Assembly: GCF_045290345.1 (NCBI RefSeq)
Contig: NZ_CP155447.1
Coordinates: 693,078 to 757,077 of the forward strand
DNA from: Singulisphaera sp. Ch08
Lineage (GTDB): Bacteria; Planctomycetota; Planctomycetia; Isosphaerales; Isosphaeraceae
Direction: 5' to 3'
DNA length: 64,000 nt
Under the pieces are notes generated by a model, which was not told the origin of the DNA, made no database searches, and saw only the letters and a program-made list of their open reading frames with translations. The translations under genes and the position numbers were made by a program. This document shows positions 1 to 10,012 of this stretch, in pieces (position 1 is the stretch's first letter; each line of letters opens with the position of its first letter).

Positions 1-1068
1 GGTCGCGAGACCACGCCAGACGGCGGGCTGGAGACTGTCGCGAACGAACTGCACGTGCCCATCTCCAAACAGCACGTTCACACCCCCGGGATGTTGGCTC
101 GACGCTTTGAAGAAACCGATGCCGTTGGTTGAACAGTCGGGGAACCTGGCATTGGGGGGTCGCCAGGCATCGAAACAGGCCTTGGGAGTCTGTCCCCAAA
201 TCCAGGAGATGCCGCGGTCTCCGCTCCACGACGAGGCACTCGAGCAGAGAGATTCCGACAGCACGGGTGTACTCCCCGGCACGCCTGAGAGGACCTTGAC
301 GGTTCCCGAAAGCCCGGCCGATTGTCGCTTGCCATCGACCGGCGTCGGACCAGTCGTCGTGGACCCATGCCCGAGCAAAGACTCAGACATCAGCATGGTT
401 ATTGAAGTCCCGTCGCGCAATTCGGCGAGCCGGACACCGGAGTCGCTCCAGAACAGGCCGTCGGTCGGGAAGCGTGAGTCGTAGTAGAGCCGCGTGGGGT
501 CCCCCGACCCGGTAGACGCCATGTAGTTCGTCCCAGCGAACGTCGCCGAGTTATAGCCCGTGAAGACCGGCGAACGCCCGTCGCTCGGACAAAGGAACAG
601 ACCAACCACGATGGCTGCGGCCGTCTGCTGGGCTGGATTGAGAGTCGATGTCCCCGTGAACGTGAATAGATCTTGCTCCAACACAAACGCTTGCTGGAGG
701 TTCGCCTGCTCAATAAAGGGCAAAAGCCGGGCCTGGATCGAGTACCAGCGCCGTCCCGCCCCCATGCCCGGGAAGGAATTCAGCGTGCTCTCATAATGAT
801 GCATCGCCAGCCCGAGTTGCTTCAGATTGTTGGTGCACTGCATCCGACGGGCGGCCTCCCGCGCCGCCTGGACGGCCGGCAAGAGCAGACCGATCAAAAC
901 GGCGATGATGGCGATCACCACCAGTAACTCGATCAGGGTGAAACCCTGTCCCCCCCTCGGTTGCATGCCCCCCACCATCTCACCGGGCGCACCCCCGGCC
1001 GGCCTATCCAAACGGCACACGCCGGCACGCGGCCCTTCGCCTCCTCCGAGCTTCGCCCGGATTCTCAT
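1..1068 (-). CDS. DUF1559 / prepilin-type N-terminal cleavage-methylation domain protein (Planctomycete pseudopilin-like). The 3' part runs off the window start. An alternative shorter start lies at 966.
   Basis: The reverse-strand translation reads ...[55 protein letters not shown]... and the C-terminal part reads [20 protein letters not shown]. An in-frame upstream ATG at 1066-1068 is preceded by TAAGGAGAG. An ATG at 964-966 would give the more typical short leader [15 protein letters not shown]. The gene is missed by the ORF track because it runs off the window edge. Confidence 0.8.
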   Translation of the reverse strand, partial: MRIRAKLGGGEGPRAGVCRLDRPAGGAPGEMVGGMQPRGGQGFTLIELLVVIAIIAVLIGLLLPAVQAAREAARRMQCTNNLKQLGLAMHHYESTLNSFPGMGAGRRWYSIQARLLPFIEQANLQQAFVLEQDLFTFTGTSTLNPAQQTAAAIVVGLFLCPSDGRSPVFTGYNSATFAGTNYMASTGSGDPTRLYYDSRFPTDGLFWSDSGVRLAELRDGTSITMLMSESLLGHGSTTTGPTPVDGKRQSAGLSGTVKVLSGVPGSTPVLSESLCSSASSWSGDRGISWIWGQTPKACFDAWRPPNARFPDCSTNGIGFFKASSQHPGGVNVLFGDGHVQFVRDSLQPAVWRGLAT

Positions 1069-1708
1069 GGTCTCTCCTTACTTGAAACGCCCCAACTTGC
1101 CGCCACACCAAAACTCAAGATTCGGGATTCTAACTTTACGATTTCGTGGCGCCAATAGCCAATTTTCGGTTAACCTAAAACATGATTGGCGTCGCTCCAA
1201 CTTGGCGATGTTGGCTTGAATTGCGGCGCAGCTCACATCAGTGCGAGCCCGTCTGTGCCTGGATCGGCGGACTGAGTCGGCTGTGGAGCCTCGCCGGGAG
1301 GTGAAGGCGTGGAAGGAGGAACGCAATGAAGTGAATGGTGGAGGTGAGGTGGCCGTTCACTCCTGCTATCGGCCGGATCAAGTAACACCGGCGCGATCCG
1401 TCAACTCAAAAGTGGTGGACGACCAGGGGCCAACATCCTTCGGATTCGTGGCAGAGGACGATGCCACATTTGAAACCACCAACACGCATCAGTCCACGAG
1501 AACCAATTCGAAGCCACTCGCAACGACATTCAACCACGCCAGCGTGGACGCAATCCATGAAACACAGCAAATCCACTCAACTCTTTACTTTCACATCAAT
1601 ATACACTTTTTTAATTTTAACACATTTTATTTAATTTTGCGCAACTTCATCACATCCTACACAATACACCCCAACCTTAAAAACAACTGAGATCCTCTGC
1701 ATATTACA

Positions 1709-1910
1709 GAGTTTTCCGCAAGAAAACCGGGCCGTCTGTCTGCTCCGGAGGCCGAAATCCGCGGGAGCAACTCGTTCCCACGCTCTGCGTGGGAATGCCG
1801 TCCTGGCCGCTCTGCGGCCCTACCCGCCGGCGAAGACGACGCAGAGCGTCGCATACGGCATTCCCACGCAGAGCGTAGGAACGAGATACTGGCATCCTTG
1901 CTACAATCTC
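1709..1910. repeat. REP-like interspersed repeat, family A, long variant with two hairpins.
   Basis: It shares a ~115 bp core (gagtcTGTCgCAAGgaAACCGGGCCGtCTGTCtGCtCCGGAGGCCGAAAttCGCGGGAGaAACtCGTTCCCACGCagAGCGTgGGAACGAGATcCcGGtATCCTTGCT) with the copies at 10616, 11418 and 21222. It contains the inverted repeat GTTCCCACGC...GCGTGGGAAC. Confidence 0.8.
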
Positions 1911-2094
1911 AAATTGTAGCGCCTCAGGGCCGAGCATCACCCCCCTTGCACGCAAGACATCGGCGCACCAAGTCGACACCGGGGCGCAGAGCACGAGAAA
2001 ACAGGGCACCTCAGGAGAAAACCACAAGCGATGATAACGGCTGAGCCACAGTGAGGAGCCCGCCTTGCCGCCCGGCCTCGACTCAACGCGGTTC

Positions 2095-2130
2095 GAAACG
2101 AAAAAAAGAGCCTCGAAAGAGGCCGCCGTC
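2095..2130 (-). terminator. Possible rho-independent terminator downstream of the M16 peptidase gene.
   Basis: On the minus strand a short hairpin (GCCTC GAAA GAGGC) is followed by a U-run (the plus-strand A-run 2095-2107). The stem is only 5 bp, so this is weak. Confidence 0.3.
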
Positions 2131-2184
2131 GCTGGACGACGACCTCTCCGAGGCTCATTGGCTTCACTCAACCGGCTGGTCGGT

Positions 2185-5031
2185 TTACTTCGCCCCTTCC
2201 ACGTCCCCTTGGGCGGCCGCGGGGGGAAGCGGATTCCCCTCGGGATCGAGGACGTTGATCACCTTGGCGTAGGGAAGCGACTTGAGCCCCGACTCGATCT
2301 TGGAGCGGTCGCCGACGACCAGGATCACCATGTGCTCGGGGTCGAGGTGAGTCTTGGCGACCCGCGCCACCTCAGCCTTGTCCACGGCGTCGATCTTCGA
2401 CTGGTAGGTCGCAAAGTAATCCGCCGGCAGGTTGTAGAGCACCAGGTCGGCCATCGTCCCCGCCACGCCGAACGTCGTCTCGAACTTGTTCGGGAAGCCC
2501 TTGATGATCCGATCCTTGGCGAAGGTGAGCTCCGTATCAGTGACCGGCCGGGGTCCGGTGATATCCTTCAACTCCTTGAGCAGTTCGACCAGCGCTTCCT
2601 TGGTCACCGCGGTCTGAACCGATCCGCCGGCCTCGAATGGGCCGGGGCCGATTCGGAAGGCGAAGTGCGACCGCGCTCCGTAGCTGTATCCCTTGTCCTC
2701 GCGAAGGTTCAGGTTGATCCGGCTGGAGAACTGGCCACCGAGCACCGCGTTCATGAGGGTCAGCGGGAAGTAGTCGGGGGTTCCTCGCGGCAGGCCAACC
2801 TGCCCGACGGCCAGAACCGACTGCGCGGCGGCCGGCTTATCGACCAGGAAGATCGTCACCGGCTTCTTCGAGGACGAAGGCTCGGGCAAATCCCGCTTGG
2901 GTGCTTCACCGGGCTTCCACTCCTTGATTGCCTTCTCGAGCGAAGCCGTGATCGCGTCCGGCGTCGTATCGCCCACCACGATCAGGCTGGCGTTATTGGG
3001 CAAGAACAAGGATTTATGGAATGCAACAACATCCTCACGCTTGATTGAGTCGATCGTTTTGGGAGTACCGAGATCGGGGCGGCCGTAGGGATGCTCCAGG
3101 CCGTAGAGGAGGCGAGGGAAGACGACGCCGGAGATCCCCTCCGCACTGTCGAGCCGGGCTTTGAGCATGGCCTGACGCTGGACCCGGAGCCGGTTCAATT
3201 CCTTCTCGGGGAATGACGGGTTCAGGAGTACGTCGGTGTAAAGCTCGAGGCCGCGATCCGTGTGCTTGGTCAGGGTGGTCAGCGAGAGGGTGGTCGACTC
3301 GAGTTTGCCACTGGCATCGATCGAGGCGCCGATCTCGGAGAGAGCCCCGGCCAGTTCGAGCGAGTTCCGCGTTTTCGTTCCCTCGGTCAGAAGGTCGGCG
3401 GTCAGCGAAGCGAGCCCTTCCTTCCCGTTGGGAACGAGGGCCTCGCCCCCCTTGACCACCAGGTTGAGGGTCAGGATCGGCAGTTCGTGCCGCTCGGCGA
3501 TCAGCACTTCCAGGCCGTTGGAAAGCGTGCGGCGCGTGACCGGAGGAGGGGTGTACTTGGGGGTCGGCCCCACCTCAGGCATCTTCGAGCGATCGAACTC
3601 GTCCTTGACCTCGGCGATCTTCGGACTCTCCGCCGGCGCCTGCTTCGAGCGATCGACTTCGGCCTCAGCCTTGCGGGGGGTCGGGTCGCCTGGGTTGACG
3701 TCGAGCCGGATCCGGTTGGCGGTGAGGTACTGGTTGGCCACCCGCTTCACATCTTCGGGTGTGACCTTGAAGAGCCGAACCATCTCGGCCTTATAGGCCA
3801 ACGGGTCGCCGAACTCGACGTTGTAGTTATTGAGGTAGTCGGCCTTGCGGCCCGCGGCCTGGAGGCCGACCACGAGCTGGCTCTCCTGGATGTTCTGCGC
3901 CTTGATGACTTCTTCGAGGGTCGGGCCCTCTTTCTTGAGTCGCTCGATCTCGGCGTCGGCAATCTTGACCAGGTTGTCGAGCGACTGGCCGCGCTGGGCG
4001 TAGATCGTGACAGTGAACTCACCGGCCAGGGCACTCGCCGGGTGTCCCGCGTCGACGTGCGCAGCGAGTTGGCGATCGTACATCAAGGCGCGGAAGAGCC
4101 GGTTCTCCTTGTCGATCCCGCCGAGGACCATCGAGAGGACATCAAGAGCCTGCTCGTCGGCGTCACCCCGCTGGCCGGTCGGCCAGACGAGCTCCACGCG
4201 CGGGAGCGAGACCCGGTCCGTCATCTCAATATGTTTGGGTTCAGACAGAACGGGAACGTTCGGCTGAAGCTTGGCGACCTCGGGACCGCGGGGCAGGGGG
4301 CCGAAGTACTTGGCGACCAGCCGCTTGGTTTCGGCCGGGTCGAAGTCGCCCGCGATGCAGAGGCTGGCGTTATTCGGGCTGTAGTAGGTGCGGAAGAAGG
4401 TCGAGACGTCGTCGAGGCTGGCCGCCGAGAGGTCGGCCATCGAGCCGATCACGCTGTGGTGATAGGGATGATCGGGCGGATAGAGGGCCTCGAGCAGGGT
4501 CTCGGCCGTCTGGCCGTAAGGCACGTTATCGTACCGCTGCCGCCGCTCGTTCTTGACCACATCGCGCTGATTGTCGAGCTTCGCCTGTGTCAGGGCCGGC
4601 AGCAGAAAGCCCATGCGGTCGGCTTCGAGCCAGAGTGCCAGCTCGAGGGCATTGCTCGGGACGTTCTCATAGTAGTTCGTCCGGTCGGTGCTGGTGCTCC
4701 CATTGATCTGGGCCCCCACCTTCTCGATCGGCCCGAAGTATTCGCTGTCATGGTTCTTCGACCCCTGGAACATCAGGTGCTCGAACAGGTGGGCGAACCC
4801 GGTCCGCCCCGCCTTCTCATTCTTCGAGCCGACCTTGTACCAGAGATTCACGCCCACGACCGGGGTGGTGTGATCCTCATGGAGGATGACGTCTAAACCG
4901 TTAGGCAGCGTGTACTTATCGACCTTGAGCTGAGGGATCTGAGGCGTGCGGTCGTCACCGTGCGCCGGGGGTCCGGCCGACACCAAAGCGGCCGACGCCG
5001 CGAGCAGGAGAGAAAGGATACCGCGTTTCAT
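2185..5031 (-). CDS. M16 (pitrilysin/insulinase) family zinc metallopeptidase with two tandem M16 modules, secreted.
   Basis: The translation contains the inverted zinc motif HLFEHLMFQGSKN (HxxEH) and a second M16-like half. A signal peptide MKRGILSLLLAASAALVSAG begins at the ATG at 5029-5031, with a GGAG 11 nt upstream. The long plus-strand ORFs 3262..4896 and others are shadow frames. Confidence 0.85.
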   Translation of the reverse strand: MKRGILSLLLAASAALVSAGPPAHGDDRTPQIPQLKVDKYTLPNGLDVILHEDHTTPVVGVNLWYKVGSKNEKAGRTGFAHLFEHLMFQGSKNHDSEYFGPIEKVGAQINGSTSTDRTNYYENVPSNALELALWLEADRMGFLLPALTQAKLDNQRDVVKNERRQRYDNVPYGQTAETLLEALYPPDHPYHHSVIGSMADLSAASLDDVSTFFRTYYSPNNASLCIAGDFDPAETKRLVAKYFGPLPRGPEVAKLQPNVPVLSEPKHIEMTDRVSLPRVELVWPTGQRGDADEQALDVLSMVLGGIDKENRLFRALMYDRQLAAHVDAGHPASALAGEFTVTIYAQRGQSLDNLVKIADAEIERLKKEGPTLEEVIKAQNIQESQLVVGLQAAGRKADYLNNYNVEFGDPLAYKAEMVRLFKVTPEDVKRVANQYLTANRIRLDVNPGDPTPRKAEAEVDRSKQAPAESPKIAEVKDEFDRSKMPEVGPTPKYTPPPVTRRTLSNGLEVLIAERHELPILTLNLVVKGGEALVPNGKEGLASLTADLLTEGTKTRNSLELAGALSEIGASIDASGKLESTTLSLTTLTKHTDRGLELYTDVLLNPSFPEKELNRLRVQRQAMLKARLDSAEGISGVVFPRLLYGLEHPYGRPDLGTPKTIDSIKREDVVAFHKSLFLPNNASLIVVGDTTPDAITASLEKAIKEWKPGEAPKRDLPEPSSSKKPVTIFLVDKPAAAQSVLAVGQVGLPRGTPDYFPLTLMNAVLGGQFSSRINLNLREDKGYSYGARSHFAFRIGPGPFEAGGSVQTAVTKEALVELLKELKDITGPRPVTDTELTFAKDRIIKGFPNKFETTFGVAGTMADLVLYNLPADYFATYQSKIDAVDKAEVARVAKTHLDPEHMVILVVGDRSKIESGLKSLPYAKVINVLDPEGNPLPPAAAQGDVEGAK

Positions 5032-5370
5032 CAAGGTGCTCGCTCCATGAACGTGAATAAGCTGTCTGATCTGGCTCCGTTCTAACCATTTGCAGGGGCG
5101 ATCGTCTAGAGAGAGGGGGCAGGTAACGCATCGACTGTTACAACAAAAAATGGCCGCCATTCGTTACGGGAGTTGAAACGCCCCCCATCCTCCCTGGCTC
5201 CTTAGAGATACCGAATCACCAAGCGGAAAATATTTTCGAAAAAATGTAAGCAATCACAAAAAAACCGATTGATGCACAACGAAGTTCGGTGTATCCCTAC
5301 ATCGTATCTCCTGATTCCAAGGATACGCTTTTCTCTTTGAAATTATTAATTCAATCAAGAACAGAGGTCT

Positions 5371-5580
5371 ATGATGCGATTGTGTCAAATTGCTCAGACC
5401 GTGCGTCCTTGGGCGTTTGCCTTCATTGTGCTTGCCAGCGGACCAGCGATGCCGGGCTGCGGCGGAGGAGAGGCGCAGACTACGGGCTCGGTGGTTCATG
5501 ACGACCCGGACGCGGCGCTCCGCACCAAAGAAATGGAAGATTATATGGCCAAGCAGAACGCTCCCAAGAAGAAGCGGTGA
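5371..5580 (+). CDS. Small (69 aa) putative lipoprotein, paralogous to the ORF at 60469.
   Basis: It has a signal peptide plus a lipobox-like PGCGG. Its tail GCGG..EAQTT..DDPD..R.KEM.DYMAK....KKKR aligns with GCGG..ETQAT..DEDIRKQMIEFEKSKAKSRKK of the ORF at 60469. Both lie just upstream of a DUF1559 gene. Confidence 0.45.
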   Translation: MMRLCQIAQTVRPWAFAFIVLASGPAMPGCGGGEAQTTGSVVHDDPDAALRTKEMEDYMAKQNAPKKKR

Positions 5581-6091
5581 TTGCACCTCGCACATCACTC
5601 CACCTCTCCTGCAGATTACCGTCGAACGGGCACGGATCCTGGAGGCCAAGCCGCCTGCTCGGACGACGCCTGGGTATCGTTAAAATTCTTCATCGCCGAC
5701 GATGCGTTCTAACTAAGGTCAGCCCAAGCTAATGCCCGGGGACTCGACCTTGAAAATCACAAGTCCTGACCGGACAGTCATCACGGGCCAGGCCAACACG
5801 ACCGAAACCACAGGCTGTTCGCCCGGACAAGGCCCCCCTTTCAGGGCGAAACATCACTGAGACAGGAATTCTCCCGGACTTTGCCTTGAGTCGCTCCGAT
5901 GGGGCGATAACCGGTGAGTGTGTGCGAACCTCATCGGTAAACGGATCGAGCAAAATCGACCTGATCCCACGTAACACGCCTTCTCTCAGGATTCAAGGGC
6001 CGCGATGTAGCGCCGGCTCTGATTCAAGTACGGTATTTTTTACCGTTCTGTTCTTTTGCTCTCGTATTTTCCTGTCATCGGGAGGGTCACG

Positions 6092-7159
6092 ATGAGAACT
6101 CGTTCGAGAACCGCGTTCACACTCATTGAATTGTTGGTCGTAATCGCAATCATCGCCGTTCTCATTGCCTTGTTGCTGCCCGCGGTGCAAGCAGCGCGTG
6201 AGGCTGCCCGGCGGTCACAGTGTGTCAACAACATGAAGCAGATTGGACTCGCGCTGCACAACTACCACTCTACGAACAATGCTTTCCCGCTCGGCGCCAC
6301 CTGGCAACCCTTCGAAACGACAGGCTGGTCATTCACCGCCACCGGCGGCTTGACCGGCGCTAGTCAAGACAACTGGTCATGCTGGAGTATCCAGGCGCAA
6401 ATGCTCCCGAGTATGGAGCAGATGGCGATCTACAACAGCATCAACTTCAACTTTTCGTGCTATCGTGGGACGGCCGGACCGGTCAACTCGACGGCGTTCA
6501 CCACGAGGATTGCCTCATTCCTCTGCCCATCCGACGGCAATGCGGGCAATACAAACACGAACAACTACCACGGCAGCATCGGAACATCGCTCTACAGCAC
6601 AAACAATGCCGACAGCACCGGCATTTTTAACTATCAGCAAAAGTACACGGTCGCCGACATCAAAGACGGCACGTCAAACACAATCGCCTTCTCCGAGGCT
6701 CTCGTGGGTGAGCGGAGCAGTGGGACGTTCGGACGAGGCAACTCGACCGGAAACGTCGCCTCGGCTGGATTTGGCACAGGGCAACCGTACGATGTCAGCG
6801 GGAGATTGAGCGACATCAAGGCTGACATCCAGGCCTGCATCGGCGCCTTCAAGTCGAGCACCTCAACGAACCCGCGGAATGACCGCGGTTTCCGATGGGG
6901 CCAAGGCGCCATGGGCTTGACGCTCTTCAATACCGTGATCACCCCCAACGGCGCCCAATTCAATGCCTGCCGAATTGGATGCTGCACCCAGGCGAGCCAC
7001 GCTCACTATCAGGTCGCGACAAGCAACCACTCCGGCGGTGTCAACGCTCTGCTCGGCGACGGCAGCGTCAAGTTCATCAAAGACTCGATCGCCTACCCGA
7101 CCTGGTGGGCCCTCGGCACCCGCGGCTTCGGCGAAGTCATCAGCGCCGACTCCTACTGA
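6092..7159 (+). CDS. DUF1559 / prepilin-type N-terminal cleavage-methylation domain protein.
   Basis: The translation starts [60 protein letters not shown] and ends HSGGVNALLGDGSVKFIKDSI...WWALGTRGFGEVISADSY. A GGGAGGG lies 6 nt upstream of the ATG. Confidence 0.9.
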   Translation: MRTRSRTAFTLIELLVVIAIIAVLIALLLPAVQAAREAARRSQCVNNMKQIGLALHNYHSTNNAFPLGATWQPFETTGWSFTATGGLTGASQDNWSCWSIQAQMLPSMEQMAIYNSINFNFSCYRGTAGPVNSTAFTTRIASFLCPSDGNAGNTNTNNYHGSIGTSLYSTNNADSTGIFNYQQKYTVADIKDGTSNTIAFSEALVGERSSGTFGRGNSTGNVASAGFGTGQPYDVSGRLSDIKADIQACIGAFKSSTSTNPRNDRGFRWGQGAMGLTLFNTVITPNGAQFNACRIGCCTQASHAHYQVATSNHSGGVNALLGDGSVKFIKDSIAYPTWWALGTRGFGEVISADSY

Positions 7160-7305
7160 GTTGTTTGCCGCTCAGACCTTCGTCCCCAACGTTGGTCCGG
7201 GCCCATGCCTGGCATCACCGAGAACGAGATCAAGGGGGCCGGGACGAACGTCGTCCCGGCCCCCCTTTGTTTTATATCAACGATCCGCGACTGGGCGAGA
7301 AGCTT

Positions 7306-7412
7306 GAGGGATTTCCGGCCCGGCCGTGCGAGGGAATTACGGCCGGGCCGGCCGTGCTACTGCAAACATCCCGTGGCGGAAACCGTAAGGATCATCGGTT
7401 CTTTTGCTCTTT
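7306..7412. repeat. Interspersed repeat, family C (~105 bp).
   Basis: The core GAGGGAATTACGGCCGGGCCGGCCGtGCTACTGcAAAc...GGCGGAAACCG.AaGaATCATCgGt.CTTTcGCTC.tTCGCGGATCGTTG is shared with the copies at 15313 and 59153. It contains a GGCCGGGCCGGCC palindrome. It sits between convergent genes. Confidence 0.75.
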
Positions 7413-7474
7413 CGCGGATCGTTGTTTTGGATTCGTTGGCTTCGACCTCGTTCAGCGTGCGGCGGCGGCCGAGG

Positions 7475-9943
7475 TTATCGACGATACAGGAATTCTTTCG
7501 AGTTGATGAGGACCCAGACAAGGTCTTCCACGGCCTCGCGCCGATCTTCAAAGCCTCGCATGTGCTCCAGCATCGTGGCAAGCTCGGTCGCCGTGGGTTC
7601 GCGGGTCAAGGCGATGAGATAGACCTCCCGCGTGATTTCCTCGAGCGACTTGGAACTCTTGGCGAGTGCCGCCACACGGCCGCTGTCGTGCCGGAGCTTC
7701 TCGTTAACAGTCGCTCCCCCGATCAATTGCAGCGCCTGCGCGAGGTTCGAGTCGCTCTCTCGTTCACACTCGCAGGCGATATCACGCGCGGGGCGGCCGA
7801 AGGTTTTGAGGAAGGCATCATCGATCTTGCCATCGGGAATCTGGGTGGCTCGATAGCCTTTGGGCAGATCACCAAACTTCGTGACCGTGCTCGTCACCGT
7901 CGAGATCGCATCGAGCAAAACCTCGGCGGGCAGAAGTTTCGAGTAGGCATGAGAGAAGTACACATTATCGTCGCCATTCAAGTCATTGACTTGATCACTC
8001 AATTGGTAGGTCCGGCTCAAGAGGATGGATCGGATCAACTTTTTGAGGGAGAAACCTTGGCTGACGAACTCGGCGGTCAGATGATCGAGCAACTCGTCGT
8101 TGGAAGCGGGGTTCGAGTCCCGGAAGTCGTCCACAGGCTCGACGATGCCACGGCCAAGGAGGTGATACCAGACGCGGTTGACCAGACTCTTGGCGAAGAA
8201 TGGATTCTCGGATCCGGTCAGCCACGAGGCCAGTGCGAGGCGGCGATCGGCCGCTTTCGGGTCATCGAGGATCGGGCCGCCGAGCGCCTTCGGTTTCACG
8301 ACCTGGCCGGTTCGGGGCTGGCGGACGTCGCCCGTTCGGGTGAGGTAAACGACAACGTCGTCGGGTTGCGTTCCCTTCTTCTGGCGAACCCGGGCGAAGA
8401 AGGCGGCCAGACCATAATAATCATCCTGCGTCCAGCGCTCGAACGGATGATTATGGCATTTGGCACACTGAATGCGAACGCCCATGAAGAGTTGGGCCGT
8501 CGCCTCGACCGCGCTCTCCGGGGTCCGGCTCAGCCGGTAGTAATTGGCCGCGGGATGACTGAAGGCCGATCCGTTGGCCGTCAGAAGTTCCTGCACGAAC
8601 TGGTTCAAGGGCACGTCCCGCTCCAGATTCGATCGGATCCAGCGACTGAAGGCAATGGCCCCCTTGCTCTGAATCAGGCGACCGTTGGACCGGAGGATGT
8701 CAGCGAACTTCAAGCTCCAGAGGTCATAGAACTCCGAACGCATCAGCAACTGATCAATGACCTTGGCACGACGATCCGGGGCGGAGTCGTTCAGGAACGC
8801 CTCGACCTCATCGGGTTGGGGGAGGGTCCCAATGGTATCGAGGTAGACCCGGCGTATGAAACTCCGATCGCCGCTCGGCTCGGACGGCGAAATCTTCATC
8901 AGATTCAGCTTGGTGATCACCGCCTTGTCAATCACGCTATCTTGCGGAACGTCGACGAGCTTGAAGCCAGGGACATCCACCAGGAACGTCAGTCGGACGT
9001 TGGCGACCAGGTCGAGGTAGTGACTGATAATCGCAACCTCGCCGCGTGTTTTGAATGTCACGAGCCCTTCGGGATCGACGTCGGCGATCTCCGTATTCGA
9101 AGAGTTGTAGTAGCAGATCGGCGTCACGTCACGCGTTGACCCATCGCTCATATGAACGATCGCAACAATCTGCTGGGTCCGGAACGGATCGTTGAGAACT
9201 CGTGCGCCGGGGCGAACCTCAAGGCGAACGGCGGCGGGAGCGGTGGGGTCATCCTTGGCTCCTTCGTTGATCCACCGATAAAGAATCTCGTAGATGGTCG
9301 AATTTCGAGTAAGGCGAAGCCCCCCCTCGTGGGGCAACTCGCCGAGTGGCTTGCGAAGGATCAGGCTCGTCTCGGGGGCGATGGGATTGATCCTTCGTCC
9401 ACCGCTGCCGCGACTGAGGGTGAAATAGTCTTGATCGGGCAGATAGCCACGGAGGCTGAGCCGGAAACCGCCTTTCCCGTTCGGGGTGCCGTGACACGCC
9501 CCTGAGTTACACCCGGCCTGGCTGATCGCCGGAATCACCTCGTAACGAAAACTCGCCGGCACCGACTTCTCCATTCCCTCAACCGTGACAACCGCGCTGG
9601 CCTCAACGCTCCCTGCCCGCGCCACGATCACCGCCGACCCGTTTCCGCGCGGCTCCACTCTCCCCTTGGCAGTGACCGTGGCGATATTCGGGTTCAGGCT
9701 GACCCACTTCAAGGCATGGGTCAGGTCGCGGACGGTCCGATCCGCGTACGTTGCCGAAACGATCAGTTGCTGCGTCGCGTGCGCGCCTCTCAACAGCGAT
9801 CCCTGGGGCTCCACCGCCACCGACGTCGGAGATCCGACCGCCGCCGGCGGGACCTCGGCGCCACGAGTGGGGTGCGTCGGCAAGACCAGGAACGACAAGA
9901 CCGCCAGTGCCCGCAACCGTTTTGTTCGTCCAGCGATCATCAA
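7475..9943 (-). CDS. Planctomycete cytochrome-C / DUF1549 / DUF1553 (PSCyt2-PSD) protein with N-terminal Ig-like domains, secreted.
   Basis: The translation has a signal peptide, a DUF1549-like block FIRRVYLDTIGTLPQPDEVEAFLND...LMRSEFYDLWSLKFADIL, the PSCyt2 motif CAKCHNHPFERWTQDDYYGLAAFF, and a DUF1553-like C-terminus. The plus-strand ORF 7205..9139 is a shadow. Confidence 0.85.
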   Translation of the reverse strand: MMIAGRTKRLRALAVLSFLVLPTHPTRGAEVPPAAVGSPTSVAVEPQGSLLRGAHATQQLIVSATYADRTVRDLTHALKWVSLNPNIATVTAKGRVEPRGNGSAVIVARAGSVEASAVVTVEGMEKSVPASFRYEVIPAISQAGCNSGACHGTPNGKGGFRLSLRGYLPDQDYFTLSRGSGGRRINPIAPETSLILRKPLGELPHEGGLRLTRNSTIYEILYRWINEGAKDDPTAPAAVRLEVRPGARVLNDPFRTQQIVAIVHMSDGSTRDVTPICYYNSSNTEIADVDPEGLVTFKTRGEVAIISHYLDLVANVRLTFLVDVPGFKLVDVPQDSVIDKAVITKLNLMKISPSEPSGDRSFIRRVYLDTIGTLPQPDEVEAFLNDSAPDRRAKVIDQLLMRSEFYDLWSLKFADILRSNGRLIQSKGAIAFSRWIRSNLERDVPLNQFVQELLTANGSAFSHPAANYYRLSRTPESAVEATAQLFMGVRIQCAKCHNHPFERWTQDDYYGLAAFFARVRQKKGTQPDDVVVYLTRTGDVRQPRTGQVVKPKALGGPILDDPKAADRRLALASWLTGSENPFFAKSLVNRVWYHLLGRGIVEPVDDFRDSNPASNDELLDHLTAEFVSQGFSLKKLIRSILLSRTYQLSDQVNDLNGDDNVYFSHAYSKLLPAEVLLDAISTVTSTVTKFGDLPKGYRATQIPDGKIDDAFLKTFGRPARDIACECERESDSNLAQALQLIGGATVNEKLRHDSGRVAALAKSSKSLEEITREVYLIALTREPTATELATMLEHMRGFEDRREAVEDLVWVLINSKEFLYRR

Positions 9944-10012
9944 TCACTCCTGGTTGTTTGATAGAAGAAACCAACGGGCCGCCTCAAAAGTTCGCCGAGT
10001 GCTCCACGATCA

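Noticed and set aside
1241-1690. A 149-aa ORF running into the AT-rich island.
   Set aside because: Its composition shifts abruptly to AT-rich codons (...LYFHINIHFFNFNTFYLILRNF...). It has no start context. It is more likely noncoding, either a promoter/spacer or a relic.
2086-2100. GGTTCGAAACG resembling a tRNA T-loop box.
   Set aside because: No acceptor-stem complementarity and no D-arm or anticodon-arm structure could be built around it. No other tRNA-like or rRNA-like segments were recognised in the window, though by-eye scanning is insensitive.
3262-4896. Long opposite-strand ORFs: 3262..4896+, 7205..9139+, 23868..25115+, 26301..27392+, 31061..33280+, 33794..34582+, 36422..37615+, 38690..39907+, 56263..58071+, 61732..63378-, 49463..50632-, 48835..49809-, 54773..55714-.
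   Set aside because: They lie antisense to genes with clear family signatures (M16 peptidase, PSD, HEAT/PSCyt1, flotillin, aminotransferase, ABC ATPase, TPR/gluzincin, metK, DUF1501). Their translations are Arg/Gly/Pro/Asp-rich low-complexity sequences typical of GC-driven shadow ORFs, with no signal peptide, RBS or motif.
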